This document shows, in pieces, positions 37,488 through 49,082 of a stretch of 64,000 nucleotides of DNA. Source of the stretch: Lepidodermella squamata. Its lineage: Eukaryota > Animalia > Gastrotricha. The stretch is taken from assembly GCA_047495785.1 (NCBI GenBank), contig JBLDXI010000012.1:372001-436000 (forward strand), written 5' to 3'. Each line of letters begins with the position of its first letter. Within the stretch, counting starts at the first letter, position 1. The notes under the pieces were generated by a model, which was given only the letters and a program-made list of their open reading frames with translations, made no database searches and was not told the DNA's origin. The position numbers were made by a program, and so were the translations under genes.

Positions 37488-39371
37488 TCAGTGATTGATT
37501 GAACATGAGTGGAAAATCCAGTCGTGACTTCGCGCCTGGTTGATATCGTTGATGGGTCACATTTTTGTTAACATCAAATTTACTTTTTTTAACATCAAAT
37601 TACTTTTTCTACCATCAAACTCTTTTTTCAACAACAAATTTCGATATGTTAATTTTTGCGATCCACACTCATTAAAACCCTTGATGGTGACCAGTCCTGA
37701 AAAATTACAGTAAATTCGGACGAACAATGTAGTTTGTTGCTGTCGAACCCGTTTGAGAAATAATAGAAAATTGAGTTAGCTGCAATTTTTCAAGTTACGG
37801 ACAAATATTTGATTTTTGGCCAACAAAAATTGAATTTTTAAATATTTGTCCGAATAATTTTACGATTCTCATTTTTGCGATGACAATGGTTCAAATGAGT
37901 GAAATTAGTCAGGGCCCTTCAAGGTTAAGCCGCCGGAACGTTTTACGCCGTCTTCGCCCCGGATGCCATCAGCACCCATGTCTCGCCGTTGAGAAGCAAC
38001 TTTGCCCGGCTGACATCGTTCGTAGCCGGACTTTCGCATGTAGCGACAATGACAATAGGTGATGTCGTCACCGTTTGCGAGGTCTCTTTATAATTCAAAA
38101 TGTCTTTCAAATACTATGAATCGCCAAAAAATCCAATAATCGATTAGCGCAGACCCCTGATTGTTGATAATAGCTTCCTTTCATGAGCTTTCATGAGCTA
38201 CTCAGAACTTTTGCTCATTTGTCTAGGACGAGTCTGGGCCCCGCTATCATCACCCGAGGTGATAGGCACTTAAAATCCACAACTTCATCATGAAAGTATA
38301 TCCTTCCCCATGAAATACTAATTTCTGAATTTTGCTGTTGAAGAAAGAGTTTGATGATAGAAAAAGTAATTTGATGTTGAAAAAAGTAAATTTGATGTTA
38401 AAAAAAATATTTTCCTCGTTGATGAAAAATCGAAGACGAGTCGAAACTCGATTGTTCGCAACCAAATCGATTAGCTTTTCGAAGCAGCTGTTCCACCTGT
38501 GCAGTATTGCCGCTTGATTGGGCACAAGAGACGTCGCTAGCTCAGAGTCCATTTTAAGACCCGAGCTTGCAAGCAAAACACAAAGACTTTCGATCAGCAG
38601 GTCATCGGGCGCCTCCAAAGAGGCACCGTTTGTAGCGAGGCGAAACGCGGCATCTCCAACAGCTCGCACGGATACATCATTGGAGCGAAAAAGCTCGCAA
38701 AACAATCTATTTCATGGAACAATTAAGGTGTTTTTCCATAAAATAAAACTCACAAAATATTGGCGATAAATCGCTTTTTGATCACGTATTTCAGCTCTTC
38801 GAGTTCGATGTACGCCGCTTTTCGTTCAGAAATTGAAATGGCACTTGCAAACCGTTCTTCGAGCAGCCGCTGCTCCTGAGAGATCCCGCTCAAGCGTGAA
38901 TCAAAATGAGCCTGCCACATTTCAAGTAAGCAGGCTTTGAAGAAACTTTGACCAGGTTCATGAGTCACTTCGGCTTGTATTTCGAACTAGGGAGAAGGAA
39001 CGAATTAAATTACAGACTGAAAAACGGGCATAATACCGTTATCAATGCCGAACAAAGTTTCCCGAATATTTTCACCAAATTCTTTTCAAGTATCGCCTGA
39101 AAAGCAATGATAAACTCGCAATTGATCAATCAAATTTATAATTTACGTTTTGATGAATGATTGCGACGAGCTTTCTGAAACTTGGTGAGAGACCCCGCGA
39201 ATGATCAGTTGGTAGGTATTTCATCAGCAGGTCCATAAGATTAGAAGCAACTGAATCAAAGCTGGCTGGGACAAGCCTGTTCAAGGAAGCTTGAACAATT
39301 CGTAAGGTATCCTCATCCAAACCACCAATGTCGTGCGCAACACTTGAGGTTGGAAAACTAGCTCCCCTCAT
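37488..39371 (-). pseudogene. MIF4G-only eIF4G-like gene whose last exon is interrupted by a transposon
   Basis: VQASLNRL, AILEK, KRFIANI..LFCELF, IESLCVLL..SG..MD, RVSTRLRFFIN. The native end INDINQARSHDW...* (stop 37488, AATAAA 37474-37479) lies on the far side of the insertion. The start codon is uncertain. Confidence 0.7.
37555..38415. mobile_element. Non-autonomous Mutator-like (MULE/foldback) element, 861 bp
   Basis: 9-bp TSD TCGTTGATG (37546-37554 and 38416-38424); GG...CC termini; ~85-bp imperfect TIRs built of AACATCAAATTACTTTTT subrepeats. Confidence 0.88.
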
Positions 39372-39969
39372 AGTACTTAACACAATTTAAAGTTGATAGC
39401 TAGCTGTTGTTCTCAGCTTTCCATGTTTCGAACAAATTTAGCGCAATGACGTAATTGGAAGAAGACAAATTTTCGCCATTGATTATTCTCGTGCAACGGC
39501 ACGCGCTTTTTTCCGTTGAATAACCGAGCTTTTTTATAATTACTTGAACAAAAATCTGTTAAGGTGGAGTTTTTTATTTTCATCAATCGAAGCGTCATGA
39601 TTTTTGCTTCTACTGATTTTACTATACGTACAATTATAGTGCGTACTAATGGCTGAATCGATTTTGCGTTATTTTACGCCGAGCATCAACGCAGTTTCCT
39701 GTGTATGCTTGTGTGTGACCGAGTAGTAATAAAAATTACAACTCAAACTGATGAATATAATATGCGCCGACGGTCCATTAATATTATTACACTGCAATGA
39801 GTATACGAGCGGTATTAGAGGATAGACGAGCGAACGAACGACTTCGACAAATAAAACTCACGCTAGCCGGCTGAATATTAGACAGCTGATCCTCATTCCA
39901 TCAAAAAGCGCCAGCTTTTCTGTTAAAAAACCTCATTTTTAGTTACAGATTTTATGTATTTTTAACAAC

Positions 39970-42623
39970 ATGGAAGCTTTCGAACAAATCCGAGAGCTTG
40001 GAGCCGGCAGTTATGGCCGCGCGATATTGGTTCGACGGCGTGGTACAGATCAGCCTTTTCTGGTAATAAAACAGATGCGCCTTCCCTACCTCATGTCGGC
40101 AGCTCAGCCGGAGGGTGCCGCTTGGAGTGACGCCAAAATTGTCGAACTTGCCTATCAAGAAGCAAAATTACTTACTACTCTGAGCCATCCTAATATTGTT
40201 AAAGCTCACGAAGCATTCGAAGGTTGGTATTATTTGCTTTTGGAAATAATTTTCCATGGATTTTTTCCCCTCAGATTCCGCAAATAATTTGAATTTGGTG
40301 ATGGAGTTTTGCGACGGAGGTGATTTGAACATGGCCATCACTCAACAGCAACAACTGGGCGGCGTTTTCTTCCCTGAATCGCAACTTCGTGCTTGGTTCT
40401 CGCAACTTGTCTTCGCAGTTAAATACCTCCACGACCGTCACATTTTGCACCGCGACATCAAGGCGGCGAATATTTTTCTCACCGTCGATCGCCGCGTTGT
40501 CAAACTGGGTGATTTCGGCATTGCGAAATGCCTCGATCGAACTGGTGGTCTGACGTTTACCCAAATTGGAACACCGACTAATATCGCCCCAGAGCTCTGC
40601 GATGGTCTGCCGTATGGTACAAAAGCCGAAGTTTGGTCGCTTGGAGTTGTTTTGTATCAAATGGCTACTCTAAATTATCCGGTAAAATTACTTGAAAATT
40701 CGGGAATAAATCTATTAAAATTTTGCAGTTTATGGAAAGTACTTTTCCAGCTTTGATGAATGCGATAAAAACAAAATCACCCGCGCCAATTTCGGAAAAT
40801 TTCTCCCCCGAACTGCGGCAGATCGTCGATCAAATGCTTGCAAAGAACGCAGATGACCGGCCGTCAGTTGACCAGTTGATTTCGTCCGATTTCATGTTAT
40901 CCGCTGTCGCCGAGTTGGTGACGAAGGGCGTTACTGTCGGCGCTGTTGCCGAGGTTCAGGCCACGATGGCAACAAGTAAATCTTCCTCGGAAAATTTGGC
41001 AGATTCAGCATTGACCAGCTGCTGTTCATCCTCGTCGGCGTACTCGAACGCATCCGCGCCTACTGCGACGGTGTCACTTCGTTCGACGGCCAGCGATGAG
41101 ATAAAAGCGGTAATTAGCGATGGCGATTTAGCTAGTCGCATCCGATCGACAGTCGAGCCGATTTTCCGCGAACCTCTGATTGCACTGCTCAACGAACAAA
41201 TGTTGACAGCTGAGACCCTGGTGACCTTGGACGATGGCGAGTTACGTGAGCTGTGTCCCAATAAGAAAGGTTCGTGTTAACCATTTTAGTGTTATCAATC
41301 CTAATTAATCCTCTTTTTAGGTCTACAATTGGCTCTAATAAAATTCGTCCAGCAATTACGCGAGGAATCGGGTGAAAATGTTGCAAAATCATTGCGTGAA
41401 TCGCTGGACAAAAGCGATATCGATTCTTTGAAGCGTTTATCTAAAAATAATAGCGAAATCGGTGATATAGTTGTCGACCCTGAAACTCGTAATACTTCCC
41501 TTCACTACGCGTGTAAGCTCGGCAATAGCGAGGCTATCAAGTTGTTGCTATCTCTCGGCGCCGATGTTTTGGCCCGAAATCGTTACGACGATCAACCGCT
41601 CCACGTTGCGGCATTCAATGGCCGGTTGCTGGCTGTCGATGTTCTTTTGCGAAGTGGCAAATGTGACGTCAATGCTGTGGGTCAATTGGGTCGAACTCCG
41701 TTGCACATGGCGGCGGCTTCTGGCTATCAAAACGTCGCGTCGATGTTAATTGAAAAAGGCGCGACGATTGACCCGATTTCTGGCCAGGAGGACCTGCAGC
41801 AAACACCACTTCTAGTTGCAACTTTTTACGGCCACGGTATAGTGTTTTTTAATTTCTATCTACCACAATGTCATCTTCGAACATCTTTCAGCTGGAATTG
41901 TTCGGTTGCTCTTGGAAAAAAACGCTAAGCTGACCTCGACGAACGCGCATGGCGACTCGGCGTTGCAAATCGCTACAGTTCAGAACAAGTTGGAAATCGT
42001 CAAAGCTTTGCTGGATAAAAACGGCCCTGGTATCGCCGAGTTGTTGGAACTGCGTGGCTTTCGAGGCCGAATGCCTCTTCATGCCGCCGCGGCTTGGGGC
42101 CGAGCTGATGTCGCGCGAATTCTGCTGTCGAAAGGTGCTAATCTGCGCGCGAAAAGTGGCCGCGATGAGTGCGGCGATTCTCCTCTCCACCTGGCTGCTT
42201 ACTACGGCCACACGGATGTAGCAAAGGTAAGCGGGACTCGATTTTTTTCGAAGTTTGTTCAAACTAGGCCGTTCATCTCAGGTCCTTGTCGACGCGGATC
42301 CAGCTGCAATGGAATTAAGTATGTTACTTATTTTATTTTATTTTTAATTTTATCTGTTCATTATTCCAGCCAACGATAACGGCGAGACACCTCTGAGTCG
42401 AGCTTGTTTTAATGGCCAGCTTGCCGTAGCGCGGCTGCTGCTTAACCGTGGAGCTTCGGTTACAGTTCGAGACAAAAGCAGTCACACGCCGTTGTATTAC
42501 GCCAAGCTGAAGTCACAGCAGATCGTTGAAGCATCGGGCGCCGGTTCGGGCAGTGCAATAGAAAATCCTGCCGCAGCTATTGTGCAGCTCCTGATGCAAA
42601 ATCGGCAAAATTTAGAAGACTAA
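39970..42623 (+). CDS. NIMA-related (NEK) kinase fused to a SAM-like domain and ankyrin repeats
   Basis: GAGSYG, VIK, HPNIV, HRDIKAANIFL, KLGDFG, IGTP..APE. SAM-like LNEQMLTAETLVTLDDGELREL.P..G...AL. Multiple ankyrin repeats (TSLHYAC, QPLHVAA, RTPLHMAA, QTPLLVA, DSALQIA, MPLHAAA, DSPLHLAA, ETPLSRA, HTPLYYA). Confidence 0.85.
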
Positions 42624-44371
42624 ATGTTCCTTTTATTCCTTGCAATTATTCCGTTAACAACAATATTTTTCAAAATTAATTTTTTTGAAGATATGAGATC
42701 CGATAATAAACTTGAAGTTGTTCGAAAAAGCGTGCACATTGCCATACAATTTTGAGTTGAAATTATTTTTATTACAAAGTACAACAAAGGTTTCGATTTT
42801 CCTGTTCAATCAATAAATAAAAATATGTAACATCTACGAGTCTTTTAATGTACAGAGAAAAATAATTTTTCCCGATGCTGAGAGTTTCAGCAAACTGGAA
42901 TGTCGTCTTGAAGTAAAATTAGTGTCAAAGTGTTGTTATGGGCAGTTATAACTAAAAGGGTGAACAGATCGATTTAGCTCCAGCTTTGAAATCCGTCGAA
43001 CTCCACATACAATCCTGCGAAACGGTATCCGTACCAATTTCGCCTCGAACCAGGGTACAGGATCAGCCCCCGCTATCCGGGGCATCATTTGTCGCCTGTG
43101 GCCAGCCTTAAGGCCAATAATATGTGATATCCCTCGTGATATCCACCTACGATATCCGATATAATAACGATCAAACTATTTTCGAGGCCATGAATTCAGG
43201 TTAAAAGCTTCACATTTTACTTATTTTTGGGACGCAGAAAATCAGGGCACAGGACTAGGCAACGTTTTGCGGTTGTCCAACATATAACTATATCGTTCGT
43301 CTTCTTTGCCGATGAATAGCTCAAAAACAGCTCGCGACAGGCACGCGCTGATTGGCCCATCAAATTTCGAGATGTTATCAATCAAGGTTAAATTCGTGGT
43401 TTTTTATTTTTAGCGCAATTAGATTAGCTAACACTATTAGGGCTTTTACCCGCTAATCGGCGCACGCTTGTCTTCAATTAGGCTTTCACAATAAAAATTT
43501 AATTTTAAACTAGAATTGCGGACAGCTAATACCATCCTTGACATAAAGTCGTGCTTTTGAATGATATTTTATCACTTTAGGAAATTGGCTTGTTGTCTGA
43601 AATGTTTGTCCTACAATATCATCCTACCACTTCCATGCCATTTTCATTGCGCGATATGATGCCAGCGGAGAAAATATCCTATAACACCACTGCTCTTGAT
43701 TTTTGTTCGGAATAGGTCATTGTCATTGAGGGTACCTAGCCAGGTGGTTGGTTAGCCAGGTCATTTGTCTTTTTGCTATTTTTGGGATTGCCGAATAAAG
43801 GTCAATTCTTGATCAGACTTAGGCACGTATTAATGCCTCAAATGCGCCTCAGATGAATATCTATCGAGATGTTCGCCTCATGATCCTTTCCAGATATTCT
43901 ATGGACCCCCAATCCTAATAATTATGCGCGGTAATTAATCTATTTTATTTGAAAGCTTCAACAACGAGCTTGAAGCGACACATTCTTTGCACATTCTTGA
44001 GGTTCAGAATTTGGGGCGGAAATAAAACATTCGCTCACCCCTACAATATTCTAAAATATTATCCGAATATCCATCCAGACATTGAGGTTATCCGGCAGGA
44101 ATAAGGTCAAATCAGGATAAAGAGACAAAAAACCAGACATCGTTCTAAATTTTTATAGCCTGATGTCGTGCGTAATGTTCACCTCGCTTTCGTTCTAGAT
44201 GTGGAAATACATTGAACAAGTTAACCATAGTTAGCCTTTGTTAGACTTTGCAGCTCGGGCTTTTCCCCCTATTTTTTATCGGACTAAGGGGTATTATATG
44301 CTTTCATAACTGACAAGTACCTATTGGATTGGTTACAGGATTAACTTTTGAAATTATATATCTCACAATAG

Positions 44372-45439
44372 ATGTTCGTACTTGAGTTTTCGCTTTTGTT
44401 ATTCTCGTTCAATCTCCTCTCGGTGATTGCAGTCAACGACAATGGTCCTTCGCCTGTTGCCGGCAAATTGCTTCTGAAAGGTCCCAGCTTTGTTTGGGGA
44501 TACGGCGCCGATAACGGCCCAGCCGTCTGGCCTCAATACTACCCTGTAGCTCTAGGCAAGCGTCAATCCCCGATAAACATCGATTTCGACGGAGCCAAGT
44601 CAGACGAGAACCACTCACTACCCCCTATTAAAACTAAGTACAATACGAAAGGCACCGCCCAAACTCTATCAACATTCGGTTACACCTTCACGATTAAATT
44701 TGCTGCCAACAAATCAAACGGTAATTTTAAAATTGGAGCTATGATGCGTGGCTCTCTTTATAAACGGAATTATTATTAGAGCTATCGGGCGCGGCTTTGA
44801 AAGGTGTATATCAACTGGCCAATATCCACTTGCACTGGGGAGCAAACGGCCGTGTTGGCTCGGAGCACACGTTCAACGGGAAGCACTTTCCTGCCGAACT
44901 GCACATCGTTCACTTCAAAAAATCCTACGGCAATCTGACGACGGCTTTGAATTACGGTGACGGTCTTGCTGTTCTCGGAATATTTGTCAAGGTCTCAAAT
45001 GAATGAACTCTATCTTGGATTGCTTTCTATGCTTTATTCAGGTTGGTGAGAAAAATCGTGAAATTCAAAAGATTATCGACAAAATTGCCAATGCTGTGCC
45101 GCCGGCTAACAAAAATGGAAGTGATATCATCCAAAATCAGCGCCTGGACGTCTCGAAACTCCTGCCTGATGATACCGACTGCTTCTTCACCTACCTCGGT
45201 TTGGGCTTGATACATGATTCTCTCCCTTATATTTTACTTCATTTATTTAAGGATCTCTGACCGCTCCGCCACTCAAGGAAAGTGTAATTTGGACCGTGCT
45301 GCATGAACACATCGAAATGTCGGCCAAGCAGTTGCGCACTCTTCGCAAGTACTTTCCAACAAATTACCGCCCAGTTCAGCCTCTTAATGGCCGGGTCGTT
45401 CGCCGTTCGGGCACCTGCTTGGGTGACTTCTCCGACTAA
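44372..45439 (+). CDS. Secreted alpha-carbonic anhydrase, copy 1 (4 exons)
   Basis: Signal peptide; WGY, GP..W, RQSPINI, zinc ligands IHLHWG and ELHIVH, GSEH, GLAVLG, YLGSLTAPP..ESVIW, NYRPVQPLNGR. Confidence 0.93.
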
Positions 45440-46643
45440 TAGCTGGTCTTTCTAGAGACTTTAATTTGTGAGCTAGTTCAATGCTACACCGAGTAATTAT
45501 TGATATCATAAAGTGATATAATCTCAAAAGAAACACTTATTTGCGAATGATCATCATATTTTGTTTTCCTGCTAACGAAGTATCGAATGAATCAATAAAA
45601 GAAATCTTTTATTTCCGCCAACAGCGTGTGTCATGGGCTTTAAAATCAAATCGTCATAAAAATATGCTGGTTTTGCTGGTAACCTCGAAGTTTTTATTTT
45701 GAATTTAAGCCGATTCAATTGGCATACGACACCTATCCATACCAGTCTTAATGTTCCCCGGAAAAACGGTTTTTTGAAACTTCTCGGTGACAATTCAACT
45801 TGAAATATACAGTACCAATAAAAAGAACTGCACAGTGGAGCTGATTCGTTTTTTGTCAGAATTAGGATCTCATGCGAGATGATGCTTCATTTTCGTACAA
45901 AAACGGACCATGGTGATGCACCTTTCCAAGAGTTCAAAAAATAACTCGGATGAAAGTAGAATATAGTTTGAGAAATATACACATATTCATGAGGTGTCTC
46001 CTTGTCCCGGATATAAAATGACCGAGATATAGAGCGAGTTATGAGACCAAGATACCAGGATAAATAAGATAAAACGACTTTTTTGGGTCAAGGGAAGAGA
46101 TTATGGTGCCATTTGCAAATTATTCTTCACACGCGATATCTTCAATCACGCGAGCTACTGGGTCCCTAATATCAAGATGCGGCTAAAATTAAGGTTAAAA
46201 ATAATTTTCCTCATTTTGCAGCTAACGCGCGCGCATGCGCCAATAAATACCCCGATGCCGCCAATCAGGCTCGGTCACTGTATCAATTATTTATTTTATA
46301 CAGGAATTCCGCAATTGAGCCAAGGCAGCTGACACGATACTCGGCAATATCTCGCAGATTTTTGGTTGTTATTTTATCACATCGCTCATCGGTGGGATAT
46401 TTCGCTAATACTACCAACCATTTATATGCCCTTTTTGCATATCCTACGCAACCTGACCTGCGGACTAAGGGAGTAGCACATTTTAAAACCACCAGACACC
46501 AGAGGGTATTAGCTTCCCAATTCATTTAAGAAGATGGCGGGACGGGTACAGACTTTAGGTGAGGAATGAAACTTTCAAACCCAATCTTTAGCTACGCGCA
46601 CGAAAATGATGAGCCAACGGTTAACGCATTGTACGTTATATAG

Positions 46644-47707
46644 ATGTTCGCGCTAAAGCTTTCGCTCTTGTTATTTTCCTTTGATCTCCTCTCCGTTGTA
46701 GCAGTCAACGACAACGATGAGCTGTCACCTATACGTAAGCCTTTATTATTGCAAAACACTGGATTTGTTTGGGGATACGGTGCCGATAACGGCCCAGCCG
46801 TCTGGCCTCAATACTACCCTGTTGCCCTTGGAAATCGCCAGTCTCCAATCAACATCGATTTCGACGCAACGAAGCCTGGCAAGAGACACCAGCTACGTCC
46901 AATCGAAACTAAGTACAGAACAAAAGGCACCGCTCAGACCTTATCAACGACTGGTTACACCTTTACAATCAGGTTTGCTGCCAACAAATCAAACGGTAAC
47001 TATAAAATTTGAAGCTCCCCTTGATCTTATTTACAAAAGAATTTTGCAGAGCTATCGGGCGCGGCTTTGAAAGGTGTATATCAATTGGCCAATATCCACT
47101 TGCACTGGGGAGCAAACGGCCGTGTTGGCTCGGAGCATACGTTCAACGGGAAGCACTTTCCTGCCGAACTGCACATCGTCCACTTCAAAAAATCCTACGG
47201 CAATCTGACGACGGCTTTGAATTACGGCGACGGTCTTGCTGTTCTTGGAATATTTGTCAAGGTCCGAAATCATTGATTGAACTTTTTCCTGGAAAAATTT
47301 ATTTGCCTTGTTCAGGTTGGTGAGAAAAATCGTGAAATTCAAAAGATTATCGACAACATTGCGAATGCTCTGCCGCCGGCTAACAAAAATGGAAGTGATA
47401 TCATCCAAAATCAGCGCCTGGACGTCTCGAAACTCCTGCCTGATGATACCGACTGCTTCTTCACCTACCTTGGTTTTAGTTTGATACCTAATTTATCTTT
47501 TCTTTAATTTCATTTATTTAAGGATCTCTGACCGCTCCGCCACTCAAGGAAAGTGTTATTTGGACCGTGCTGCATGAACACATCGAAATTTCGGCCAAGC
47601 AGTTGCGCACTCTTCGCAAGTACTTTCCAACAAATTACCGCCCAGTTCAGCCGCTAAATGGCAGGGTCGTTCGCCGTTCGGGCACCTGCTTGGGTGACTT
47701 CGACTAG
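46644..47707 (+). CDS. Secreted alpha-carbonic anhydrase, copy 2 (4 exons)
   Basis: Same motifs and intron positions as copy 1; exons 2-4 are nearly identical to copy 1. Confidence 0.93.
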
Positions 47708-49082
47708 TAGCCTGTCACTGAGAGACCATCGAGGCACCTGAATCAGAGATTCATTGACAACGAAATTGAAGTAAAATGTGATAAATCGCTGCTCAACTAA
47801 CAACTAACAATAATGATCATCATGAGATATCTGATATTTTCCTGCTATCAAAGTTCGAAATATCGACCAAATCAATAAAATATATCTGTCATTCTAACTA
47901 ATATCGGGTGTGACTTTTTTCATTTGGTTTTTTCATTGATTCGGCATTTGGTTAGGGAGTATTTTTAAGCTGAAAAAACCGTTCGAAGTCAGGCTTTCGA
48001 ACCGTATTGAACCTTTTTTACGTCAAAGGACGTAATTTTGAAGTCTTGATTCCGCCAATTGATGGATTCCTCGAAAGAATTCTGGTTCTGGAATTGATTA
48101 GAGCCTCGGATCGATTATAAAGAACTGAGTTTTTAGGTTCCTGGGCTTGACGATTGGTCAATGATTAACGGTAATTTTAATTTCGACAAATTTAATGTCG
48201 GTTATTTAAAGTCATATTTCAGGTTGTCTGATGAAATATGTTTTTTCCTTAATACCCCTGTAGTTGTTTCTTTATTAACATTTCTCAACTTCCCTATTAC
48301 ATTCTCAACTTCCCATTTAAGTGTATATCTTGCTCTACGGACTTGGGAATCTCGATGCTTTCTTTTTAAAATTTCGTGCTTAATTCGAAATACAATACCA
48401 ATATCCTTATCTCCCTCGCGCGGACTGTTACCACGCGCCTGTCATCAACATGAAAGAAATTTCATGAAAGAAAACCGAAATTCCACACCTCTATGTCATT
48501 TATTAATCCAATATCAGTGCGGGTCTTGATTATTTTCAATAATTTTTCAAAGCACAAGAAAATAACAGGAAAGAGCTCTCGACCTCGCAGGTCTCGTAAA
48601 TTAATTACATTTTTTATGTCTCAACATAAGGCCATTGGTCGCTTAGCACAACAAAAACACAACAAATGTTGAATCATCACGAAGAGAAATTATTCAATTT
48701 ATGTTTATAAAATTTCAAGTATTTTTTTCATGTTTAATTAGCATTAAAGGAACATCAAATTATTGTCATTTTTTCACTGTAGATGCAGTCTTTTTTCTTG
48801 CAGAAATATTCCAAATTTTTAAGCCGCGATTGACGACCGATCGTCTGTTTTTCTGTTTATCGGCCGGTGGCACGTCGCGTTGTTCTCAGCTTGAATAGAA
48901 GATACCATTAAAGAATATTTTTTATAACCAAGACGTAATTTTTTCAAAATGGCGACAACTTGAAGATGATGGTTCTGTACAGGACGAAAATAAAACGTTC
49001 TGCCGCCATTTTTATAAACAGTTTTTTTGCAAAAAATAATTCCAATCCAATTTTTTTGTTTCAGCAATATTTCCGCGTGTAT

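Noticed and set aside
43125-43163. Three close GATATCC repeats
   Set aside because: No TIR, TSD or other context; may be a decayed repeat.
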